64,000 bases of DNA, taken from contig CAYPAP010000001.1 in the NCBI GenBank assembly GCA_964408775.1, positions 21,404-85,403 on the forward strand, read 5' to 3'. Source of the DNA: an uncultured Gammaproteobacteria bacterium. GTDB taxonomy: Bacteria > Patescibacteriota > Patescibacteriia > Patescibacteriales > UBA12465. Shown here piece after piece: positions 38,884-46,785 of the stretch. The translations under genes and the position numbers were made by a program. Within the stretch, counting starts at the first letter, position 1; each line of letters begins with the position of its first letter. Below the pieces are notes generated by a model, which saw only the letters and a list, made by a program, of their open reading frames with translations, was not told the DNA's origin and ran no database searches.

Positions 38884-39884
38884 AAATTTGGATAAACATT
38901 TTTAAAATAACTTAAAATAGCGATAGGAGCACAGGCCCCCAAGGCGCAAAAAGAAGATGTTTCTAAATTTTTACATAAATCAACAAAATCACTAACATCT
39001 TTTAAATATGAACGTTTATTTTTAAATAACTCTAATAAACGATAAGTGCCCTCGCGGCAAGGAGTGCATTGACCGCAAGAATTATCGGCGAAAAAACTCA
39101 ACCAATAATTAACCAGCTTTTCAGGTCGATGATTAGAAAGTTTATAAATAGTGATAGACCCGGCACCGGGAACTTTTCTTCTTAATTGTTTCTGATTAAA
39201 TACTTCCCCGCTAGCATCTCCGCCCACTTGAACAAAAAAATCGTATTTAGGATAGTTTTTAGTTTTGATTAAAACATCTTTAATACTTAAATCATCTGGC
39301 AAACTATAAACACCCTTGTTTTTATTTTCTATATTAATAGAATAAAATCTCTCACCAGAAAATTTATTTATACTAACTAAATAAACGTCATATAAGGTCT
39401 CAATATTATTAATCAAAGTCGGTTGGCCAAAAAGTCCCTTTTCGGTTGGAAATGGGGGGCGTAATCGAGGTTCGGCTCTCCCGCCTTCAATGATATTTAA
39501 AATAGTACTTTCCTCCCCACCAATATATCCAGCCCCTTTTGGTTTTTTGATTATTTCAAATTTCCCCTTTAAACCAGCCTTATTAAATTCTTTTATTATC
39601 TTGTTCTTATAAATATCATAATATTTACCATTGAGATAAAAATAAATTTTGGTAGCCTTAATGGTGTCGGAGGCGATCTTAACACCAATAGAAAATTCTT
39701 TTAATAAATTTTTAATAATATAACCATCCTTATAAATACCAGGTTCTCCCTCGGCTCCATTTATTATTAAATATTTAGTTTTGCTTTTAGCCTTGGCTAC
39801 GGATTGCCACTTAATATGAGTTGGGAAACCAGCCCCACCTCGGCCAAGCAAACAAGCTTTTTCTATTTTTTTTATTATCGACAT
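38868..39884 (-). CDS. NuoF-like (51-kDa/HydB-type) NAD(P)H-binding flavoprotein, minimal form
   Basis: 338 aa; 'GRGGAGFPTHIKW' FMN/NADH motif very near the N-terminus; C-terminal 4Fe-4S motif 'SCGQCTPCREG'; overlaps the hydA start by 16 nt (operonic). Confidence 0.75.
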   Translation of the reverse strand: MSIIKKIEKACLLGRGGAGFPTHIKWQSVAKAKSKTKYLIINGAEGEPGIYKDGYIIKNLLKEFSIGVKIASDTIKATKIYFYLNGKYYDIYKNKIIKEFNKAGLKGKFEIIKKPKGAGYIGGEESTILNIIEGGRAEPRLRPPFPTEKGLFGQPTLINNIETLYDVYLVSINKFSGERFYSINIENKNKGVYSLPDDLSIKDVLIKTKNYPKYDFFVQVGGDASGEVFNQKQLRRKVPGAGSITIYKLSNHRPEKLVNYWLSFFADNSCGQCTPCREGTYRLLELFKNKRSYLKDVSDFVDLCKNLETSSFCALGACAPIAILSYFKNVYPNLCQKK

Positions 39885-39915
39885 ACTTTATGATTAATTT
39901 TTATATCATTTCCTT

Positions 39916-39988
39916 GTCATCCTCCGCTCAGATTATTCTTCGAGTAATTGAGCAAACCCACTCGATAGCAAGGCTATCCGAATGGGTA
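39916..39988 (-). repeat. Third, diverged (~84% identical) inverted copy of the 73-bp element, ~30 nt upstream of the NuoF-like start
   Basis: Minus-strand sequence 'tacccattcggatagccttgctatcgagtgggtttgctcaattactcgaagaataatctgagcggagg' aligns to the 23381 unit; both predicted stems kept via compensatory changes (G-C to A-U twice) and C-G to U-G wobbles. Confidence 0.8.
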
Positions 39989-40213
39989 AATTTATTAATT
40001 ATCCTAATTCTCCTAAATATCCCCCTTCCTGCCTTTGTGCTTATCCTTGCGACTATACTTCTTCTTATTCTTATGAGCCCCACCTTTAAGGCAAAAGGCT
40101 CCGGAGCCAGTTTCTAAATCAGCCTCTCGCCCTCCTTTTTTTAGGCCTTTTAATAAAACCCTTTTCTTATCTTCGTCTGATAAGTTAAAAGATAAATTTT
40201 CCTTCATAATAAG

Positions 40214-41224
40214 TTAGAATAAATATTTAATTAAATCAGCCAAGCGGTAAGAATAGCCCCATTCATTATCATACCAGGCGACAACTTTGACTAAATCGCC
40301 ATCCATTACCCTAGTTAGTGACAAATCAACTATAGCACTATGATCATTACCAATAATATCGGAAGAAACCAAGGGCTCGGAAGATGCTTCTATTATATTT
40401 TGATATTTTTTGTTTTTAGAAACTCTGATAAAATTATTATTTATTTCCTCAACTGTAGTTTTCTTTTTTAGTAAAAAAACAACATCACACATTGATCCGA
40501 CCACTACCGGCACTCTAACAGCCAACCCATCGAAAGACCCCTTTAGGGATGGAATTATTTTATTAATAGCGATAGCTGCTCCGGTCGTTGTTGGTACTAT
40601 ATTTATAGCTGCCGAACGAGCTCGACGCAAATCTTTATGGGGACCATCTACTAAATTCTGGTCAGCAGTATAAGCATGAATAGTCGTCATTAAAGCTTTT
40701 TTAATACCAAATTTTTGCCTAATAATATCGGTTACTGGGGCTAAACAATTAGTAGTACAAGAAGCGCAAGATAAAATTTGATCTTTCTTGCTAATTTTAT
40801 TTTCATTTACTCCTAAAACTATTGTTTTAACTCCTCCCTCACCCTTAGCCGGGGCGGAAAGAATAACCTTTTTGGCGCCAGCCTTAACATGCAACATTAG
40901 CCCCTCTTTATTAGTAAAGCGACCTGTGCACTCTAGAACTACATCGACTTTCATCTTTGCCCAAGGCAATAGGCTCGGATCTTTTTCTGATAAAACTGGA
41001 ATCTTCTTACCATTAACAATAATGTTTTTTTCATCATGAGAAACTTTCTTGCCATAAACTCCATAAGCTGAATCATATTTAAGCAGGTGGGACAGAGTTT
41101 TGGTATCAGTCAAATCATTAATAGCCACAATATTATAATGTGGATATTTTTCTGAAATAATTTTAAAAACAGCTCGGCCAATACGGCCAAAACCATTAAT
41201 AGCGACATTCAATTTTTTAGGCAT
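40214..41224 (-). CDS. gap: Glyceraldehyde-3-phosphate dehydrogenase
   Basis: 336 aa; 'INGFGRIGR' NAD motif and 'SCASCTTNCLAP' active-site Cys motif. Confidence 0.95.
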   Translation of the reverse strand: MPKKLNVAINGFGRIGRAVFKIISEKYPHYNIVAINDLTDTKTLSHLLKYDSAYGVYGKKVSHDEKNIIVNGKKIPVLSEKDPSLLPWAKMKVDVVLECTGRFTNKEGLMLHVKAGAKKVILSAPAKGEGGVKTIVLGVNENKISKKDQILSCASCTTNCLAPVTDIIRQKFGIKKALMTTIHAYTADQNLVDGPHKDLRRARSAAINIVPTTTGAAIAINKIIPSLKGSFDGLAVRVPVVVGSMCDVVFLLKKKTTVEEINNNFIRVSKNKKYQNIIEASSEPLVSSDIIGNDHSAIVDLSLTRVMDGDLVKVVAWYDNEWGYSYRLADLIKYLF

Positions 41225-41285
41225 ACTTTTTAAATTTAAGTTTATAAATACAAGAAGATTATAACATATTTTTTAAAAATAAAAA

Positions 41286-41305
41286 AACGCTCTAGGCGTT
41301 CTTTT
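41286..41305. terminator. Short GC hairpin (aacgc-tctag-gcgtt) flanked by A7 and a T-run, 3' of ricT
   Basis: Read as RNA on the minus strand, the hairpin is followed by UUUUUUU. Confidence 0.5.
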
Positions 41306-41330
41306 ATTTATCTGAAAAGTTAAACTTGAA

Positions 41331-42146
41331 TTATTTCTTATGACGATTTAAATCTACCTCAACCACCACTCCTCTATCATCGTTTTTATCTCCCTTGAAA
41401 TAAACATCAACTGACTGTTTTAGGACGTGATGACCGACCACTTCTCCTCTGCGACCATCAACATTTACTTTAGTTCCAATAGGCGGAAGTTTTTTTGATA
41501 ATTCTAAATAACCTTCATACTCATAATTTAGGCAGCACATTAACTTACCACAAATCCCTGAGACCCTATCACTGCCACGATGAACAACCTGCTGGGTCTC
41601 AGCCATCTCTGAAGTAATGGAAGAAAATTCCCTAATATTGCCCTTGCAACACAAACCTCTGCCACAATGACCAAAATCACCGCAAAAACGGGCCTCATCA
41701 CGACTACCAATCTGGGTTAGGCGGATAATCCCCTTAAAATGGCTCGACAAATCTTTAACTAAATCTCTAAAATCAACTCTGCCCTCAGAAAAAAAAGCAA
41801 AATTTATTCTATTCTTATCTAAGGAAAAACGGACATCAATTAATTTCATCGGTAAATCATACTTCTCTATTATTTGGCTACAATAATCTAGAGCTGTTTT
41901 CCTCTCCTCCTCACTTACCACTCTACTTAAGTCATCTTCACTGGCCAAGCGCAAAACTGGTTTAATACTATTCCTATCCTCCTCATCTTTAATCTCGGAG
42001 ATATCTTTAAATCCAAAAACAGTACCAATTTCTTGACCAAACTCAGTCTCGACTATAACCATATCGTCAATCTTTAGGTCTAAGTCATTAACACTAAAAT
42101 TATATTTTTTATCCCAAGAGACAAATTGTATTTGTGCTATTTTCAT
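41331..42146 (-). CDS. ricT: RicT/YaaT (PSP1 C-terminal domain) protein
   Basis: 271 aa; 'VDFRDLVKDLSSHFKGIIRLTQIGSRDEARFCGDFGHCGRGLCC' and 'SGICGKLMCCLNYE' match the Bacillus YaaT Cys-cluster motifs. Confidence 0.75.
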   Translation of the reverse strand: MKIAQIQFVSWDKKYNFSVNDLDLKIDDMVIVETEFGQEIGTVFGFKDISEIKDEEDRNSIKPVLRLASEDDLSRVVSEEERKTALDYCSQIIEKYDLPMKLIDVRFSLDKNRINFAFFSEGRVDFRDLVKDLSSHFKGIIRLTQIGSRDEARFCGDFGHCGRGLCCKGNIREFSSITSEMAETQQVVHRGSDRVSGICGKLMCCLNYEYEGYLELSKKLPPIGTKVNVDGRRGEVVGHHVLKQSVDVYFKGDKNDDRGVVVEVDLNRHKK

Positions 42147-42165
42147 TATTTAATATATCAATTTA

Positions 42166-42960
42166 TTACAAAGAGTACCTAATAAATTTCAGGATATTAA
42201 CCTCACCTAAAATATCTTTAACTGATTTTTTATCGTCCTTTATATACTCTTGATCTAATAAACAAACCTCTGAATAATATTTCTTAATTTTACCCTGCAT
42301 AATATTATCGATCATGTTTTCTGGCTTTCCCTCTTTTAATAATTGTTCTTTATAAATATCCTTTTCTTTTTCTAGTTCTTCACTGGGAACTTCAGAGCTG
42401 TCTAAATATCTGGGATTAGCAGCAGCAATATGCATAGCAATGTCTCCAGCTAATTCCTCTTTATTAGCTTGATCTAAAGCTACTAGAACACCAATTTTCC
42501 CGCCTAAATGAGAGTAAGCCTCGACTGTTTGCCCGGATACAAAAGCTGTTCTTCCTAGGGCTAATTTTTCCCCAATAACACCGCTAAGGTTGCTTATTTG
42601 GTCTTCAACCGTAGAGCCATCTAAATCCATCTTTAATAATTCCTCGCTACTAGCAGGCTTATTATTTTTTACAACCTCTAGAATATTTTGGGCTAATTCT
42701 TGAAATTTTTCGTTTCTGGCGACAAAATCTGTTTCTGAATTAAGTTCTACGACATAACCCTCACTTTTATCATCATTAACTCCGACAATAATAATTCCCT
42801 CGCTAGCATCTCGCTCACTTCTTTTAGCGGCCTTGGCTATTCCCTTTCTACGCAAAATCTCTACTGCCTTTTCTAAATCTCCACCAGCCTCATCCAGGGC
42901 CTTTTTACAATCAACCATCCCGGCACCAGTTCTATCTCTTAACTCTTTTATATTTTCCAT
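42166..42960 (-). CDS. tsf: Elongation factor Ts
   Basis: 264 aa; 'LRDRTGAGMVDCKKAL' UBA-like N-terminus. Confidence 0.9.
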   Translation of the reverse strand: MENIKELRDRTGAGMVDCKKALDEAGGDLEKAVEILRRKGIAKAAKRSERDASEGIIIVGVNDDKSEGYVVELNSETDFVARNEKFQELAQNILEVVKNNKPASSEELLKMDLDGSTVEDQISNLSGVIGEKLALGRTAFVSGQTVEAYSHLGGKIGVLVALDQANKEELAGDIAMHIAAANPRYLDSSEVPSEELEKEKDIYKEQLLKEGKPENMIDNIMQGKIKKYYSEVCLLDQEYIKDDKKSVKDILGEVNILKFIRYSL

Positions 42961-42986
42961 ATTTTTAAAATTAATTATAAATAAAA

Positions 42987-43679
42987 TTAACTCAACTTAA
43001 CGCTTTTAGCATCATTTAAATTTTCCTTAATACAGTTTAAAATTAAATCAACTGTTTTAGTAGCGTCATCATTACCAGGGATTGGATAGTCTACTAAACT
43101 AGGATCAACATTAGTATCACACATAGCAACAATTGGGATTTTTTTACTTCTGGCTTCTGTCAGAGCTGTTTTTTCTTCTTTAATATCCCAAATAAAAATA
43201 GCATCTGGTAACTTAGTCAAGCCCACTAAACCGCCCACTCTTTCCTCTAGGCGCTTAATATCTCTATCAAAATCTAATTTTTCTTTTTTGGTATACTTAT
43301 TTAATTTACCACTTTCCCTATCATTTAATAAATCTTGGTATTTTTTAATAGATTTTTTAATAACAGAAAAATTAGTTAAAAGCCCTCCTAACCACTTACC
43401 AACAATATAGGGAGATTTTACTTCCTCTGCCATTTTTTTCATAGAACCCTTCACCTGTTTTTTAGTCCCAACAAAAAGAATAACCTTGTCTTCTTTTTTT
43501 AACTTAACCATAAAATCTAAAGCCTCCCGAAGTTTTTCTTGGGATTTCTCTAGATCAACAATGTAAACACCATTTTTTTTAGTGAAAATAAATGGTTCCA
43601 TTTTGGGATGCCAACGGTTTGTCCTATGACCGAAATGCATACCCGCTTTCATCATTTCTTCTAACTTAGGAATTTTCAT
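42987..43679 (-). CDS. rpsB: 30S ribosomal protein S2
   Basis: 230 aa; 'LEEMMKAGMHFGHRTNRWHPKM' S2 N-terminal signature. Confidence 0.93.
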   Translation of the reverse strand: MKIPKLEEMMKAGMHFGHRTNRWHPKMEPFIFTKKNGVYIVDLEKSQEKLREALDFMVKLKKEDKVILFVGTKKQVKGSMKKMAEEVKSPYIVGKWLGGLLTNFSVIKKSIKKYQDLLNDRESGKLNKYTKKEKLDFDRDIKRLEERVGGLVGLTKLPDAIFIWDIKEEKTALTEARSKKIPIVAMCDTNVDPSLVDYPIPGNDDATKTVDLILNCIKENLNDAKSVKLS

Positions 43680-43696
43680 ATTTTTTTCTTTTATCC

Positions 43697-43710
43697 CGCC
43701 TATATAGGCG
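43697..43710. promoter_or_regulatory. Perfect 14-bp palindrome cgcctatataggcg in the rpsB 5' leader
   Basis: Seen directly; sits ~18 nt upstream of the rpsB ATG. A position consistent with an S2 autoregulatory leader is inference. Confidence 0.4.
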
Positions 43711-43860
43711 AGCTGCTGCCCACAAAATTTATATGTTTAATATAAACAAGAAATTGGAATGAGCATGTTTTTTAAAATTAATAAAAAGCTCAAATATTTA
43801 TACTATTTAAGCTTACTATATAATATACACTTTTCATTAAAAAGTCAATCCCCAAAAAGC

Positions 43861-45711
43861 CTAATTTTGGTAGAAATCTTTAACCATTTTATTAAATAAA
43901 CTAATGTCATTATTATAAGACTCGGCCTTCAACTGATAATTATTTAGAACATTATTATAGTTAGACACCTTGGTATTATACTCATTAACAGAAATATTAT
44001 AATTACTAGTATCTCCGGTGGCCTGATATTCATCTATTTTTACAAGTAAAGCATCTAATTCTGCCCTGAGAACGCTTAATTGCGCGACTATAGAATCTAA
44101 TTCTAATTTTTTATTTTTAATAGAGGCGTTCATATCCGATATAGCACTGACTTGGCTGGTAATACTACTCATGCCCGTAAAAAGCCTTCCCACTGTTTTA
44201 TTATAAATTTCAACTACACCCAAGCTACTTCCACTAAATATTTCTGACCAATTAACATCTCCTACCCTGGCCTGCCCCGAAGATAAGCCTGTTGGGAAAA
44301 CACCTACTGGAAAATAATTTGTTGTTTCTATAAAACAAAATCCCGAATTATAGGAAGACTGACCCGAACAGGCTACGGCTACAGCTGAGTGATTGTCATT
44401 GGGATAGTCAAAAATAGTAGCCCCGTAACCCAAGCCATTTAACAACGAATGAGCCAAGAAAGCCTTATCCGAACAAACCCCCGAATTTTTATATAAAGTT
44501 TCATAAGGAAAGTTTTGTGGGCTAGCGCTAGTCTTAGTATTATCATAGGGAATAAATTGAACTAACGCCATCGCAAATTCCACTAATTCATTATCATTAA
44601 ATCCCTCACTAGCCGCTATTTTTTTTAAACCGGCCACCAGATTATCGATAGAGTCATCTCCGTTTTTTAAAGTTAAAAATATTTCATAATAACTCTCCCG
44701 AGGATTAGAAGGAGGATTGGAAGAAGAATACTGCAAGGATTTATTGGATTTTTTATAGCTATTATACAAATCGTCTCTAAAAATCTGATCTAAATAATAA
44801 TCTTTATTTTTATATCTAAAATTGAACCTAACTGTTTTCTGACCCGGCTCAATAGAAGGGGCCTCTCCATTATTAATAACCAAGGCTTGCAAGCTTATTT
44901 GCCCTAAATTAGTATTAGATATTCCCAAGCCTAAATTACGCATGATATTAAAAGCATCAGCTGGTCGACCCAAATAATAAAGGCGATTATTTTCGGGATT
45001 AACATAGTAAGCCTGACCCTTGTCCTCAACCTGAAGTAAAATTCTTCCGGACAAATTAGCCCGAGCCCCATTTTTAATAAAATTATTTACGTCACTATTT
45101 GATACACCTAAACCAAAATGACGCATAATATTAAAAGCGTCATTTGGTCGACCTAAATAATAACCCTTCAAATCTAACGGGTTAACATAATAAGCCTCGC
45201 CATTTTTTTCTACCTGTAATATTATTTTTCCTGACAACCGATTAGCCAAAGCAGATGTTTCGGCTCTGGACACAAAGGGAATAAAAAACAAAGAAAGCAG
45301 AAACAGGGTCAATAATATTTTATTCTTAAAAATCTTCATTTTTTTTATTTTAATATCAGGGTCCCTATCATATTTGGGAATAACTATATTAAAATTATTA
45401 ATTCTCTTAATATTTTCTTTATCGGAAACAAAAGTCTCCACGGGGATGCCCAGGGCATAGGCCAAGGCATTGGCAGTTAGAACCCCGATACGTAAAGAAG
45501 TAAAGCTACTTCCTCGATTCTCAACTTTTATTTTTTTGATAAGCTTTAATTCTATTTTAGCGCCAAGCATCATTTTTTCAATAGCCGGCAAAAGCTTTTC
45601 AGCCTGAGAACGATGGGCTTTGATTTTTTTCTTTTTTATAATAACTCCCCTTCTCTCTAGAGATAATTCTATTATTTCATTGTCAGAAGTGTTTATATTT
45701 AAAGTTAACAT
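43861..45711 (-). CDS. Fusion ORF: TsaB/YeaZ N-terminal-like domain (~120 aa) in frame with a secreted repeat + transglutaminase-like cysteine-protease-like protein (alternative start at 45339)
   Basis: N-terminus 'MLTLNINTSDNEIIELSLE...AEKLLPAIEKMM...SFTSLRIGVLTANALAYALGIPVE' resembles the TsaB N-domain; internal 'MKIFKNKILLTLFLLSLFFIPFVSRA|E' is a clean signal peptide; two ~55-aa repeats (LSGKIILQVE.NGEAYYVNP...YYLGRP.DAFNIMR..GLG.SN); Cys/His motif 'GVCSDKAFLAHSLLNGLGYGATIF...HSAVAV'; C-terminal coiled coil. Confidence 0.55.
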   Translation of the reverse strand: MLTLNINTSDNEIIELSLERRGVIIKKKKIKAHRSQAEKLLPAIEKMMLGAKIELKLIKKIKVENRGSSFTSLRIGVLTANALAYALGIPVETFVSDKENIKRINNFNIVIPKYDRDPDIKIKKMKIFKNKILLTLFLLSLFFIPFVSRAETSALANRLSGKIILQVEKNGEAYYVNPLDLKGYYLGRPNDAFNIMRHFGLGVSNSDVNNFIKNGARANLSGRILLQVEDKGQAYYVNPENNRLYYLGRPADAFNIMRNLGLGISNTNLGQISLQALVINNGEAPSIEPGQKTVRFNFRYKNKDYYLDQIFRDDLYNSYKKSNKSLQYSSSNPPSNPRESYYEIFLTLKNGDDSIDNLVAGLKKIAASEGFNDNELVEFAMALVQFIPYDNTKTSASPQNFPYETLYKNSGVCSDKAFLAHSLLNGLGYGATIFDYPNDNHSAVAVACSGQSSYNSGFCFIETTNYFPVGVFPTGLSSGQARVGDVNWSEIFSGSSLGVVEIYNKTVGRLFTGMSSITSQVSAISDMNASIKNKKLELDSIVAQLSVLRAELDALLVKIDEYQATGDTSNYNISVNEYNTKVSNYNNVLNNYQLKAESYNNDISLFNKMVKDFYQN

Positions 45712-45826
45712 AAATCATTTATAAAATTTACTATAAGTAAATTATAGCATATTTTTTTATTTTCAAGAAGAAAGGAGAGATAATATTTGATATATCAAAC
45801 AAAAATAGATCTAATTTTATTACCAC

Positions 45827-46771
45827 TTAAGCCGATAATAAAAATACCTTTATATCCTCGTAAGACTTAGACTTCATAACCTTATCTCTTAAATTAGAAG
45901 CTCCTGGAAAATCTTTCAAGTACCAAGCTAAGTGTCCCTTAAATTCATTAAAACTAATATCACCCCTATTTTTATTTATTAATTCCAAATGTCTTAAGGC
46001 GATTTCAATTATTAATATCTTTTTATTATCTCCATCAATATCCTGAAAGTCTTTAGAAAAAACCCAGGGACGGCCAAGAGCTCCCCGACCGAAGGCAACA
46101 CCGTCTACTCCCGTTTTTTTAAAAACATCGTAGGCCTCGGATAAATCATTTATCCCTCCATTGGCTAAAATTACTCCTGAAAAATAATTGCGACTTTCTT
46201 TTATTAAATCTAAATCAATCGGACCAGAAAAAAGTTGCTTTAAGCTACGTCCGTGTATCATCAAAGCTGAAACAGGTAAATCAGAAATATTTTTTAAAAA
46301 ATCCAATAAGCCCACTGAGAAAGCCTCGGTGCGAACCTTTATAGATAAAGGAATTTTTGTGTTTTCTAAAACAGCTTCTATTATTTCTCGTGATAATTTT
46401 AAGTCCCCCATTAATTTAGACCCCGCTCCTTGTTTTAAAACTTTTTTAACTGGACAGCCAAAATTTATATCAATACCGTCAGGTTTAATGTTTTTTTCCA
46501 AAAATTTTACAGCCTCAATAAAGTGGTTTTTGTTTGATCCAAAAATTTGTACAACATAGGGTTTTTCTTTTTTATCAAATTTTAGCATCTCCAGGGTCTT
46601 CTTAGGTTTATACTTTAGGGCTGAAACAGAGGCCATTTCGCTATAAACAACATCAGCCCCAAACTCCTTACAAATAAAGCGAAAAGCCGAATCTGTAAAT
46701 CCGGCCAGTGGAGCTAGAGCCAAAATGGGCTCGTCTTTTTTATCTTTTTTTAATTTATGCCAAAAATTCAT
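45827..46771 (-). CDS. dus: tRNA-dihydrouridine synthase
   Basis: 314 aa; 'LAPLAGFTDSAFRFICKEFGADVVYSEM' Dus N-terminal motif; FMN TIM barrel. Confidence 0.85.
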   Translation of the reverse strand: MNFWHKLKKDKKDEPILALAPLAGFTDSAFRFICKEFGADVVYSEMASVSALKYKPKKTLEMLKFDKKEKPYVVQIFGSNKNHFIEAVKFLEKNIKPDGIDINFGCPVKKVLKQGAGSKLMGDLKLSREIIEAVLENTKIPLSIKVRTEAFSVGLLDFLKNISDLPVSALMIHGRSLKQLFSGPIDLDLIKESRNYFSGVILANGGINDLSEAYDVFKKTGVDGVAFGRGALGRPWVFSKDFQDIDGDNKKILIIEIALRHLELINKNRGDISFNEFKGHLAWYLKDFPGASNLRDKVMKSKSYEDIKVFLLSA

Positions 46772-46785
46772 TTTTAAAAATTACA

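Noticed and set aside
40013-40207. 64-aa Lys-rich ORF between gap and the 39.9-kb repeat copy
   Set aside because: Low-complexity basic composition and no recognisable motif. It could be a real small protein but is equally compatible with a chance ORF in the GC-poor spacer. Not reported as a feature.
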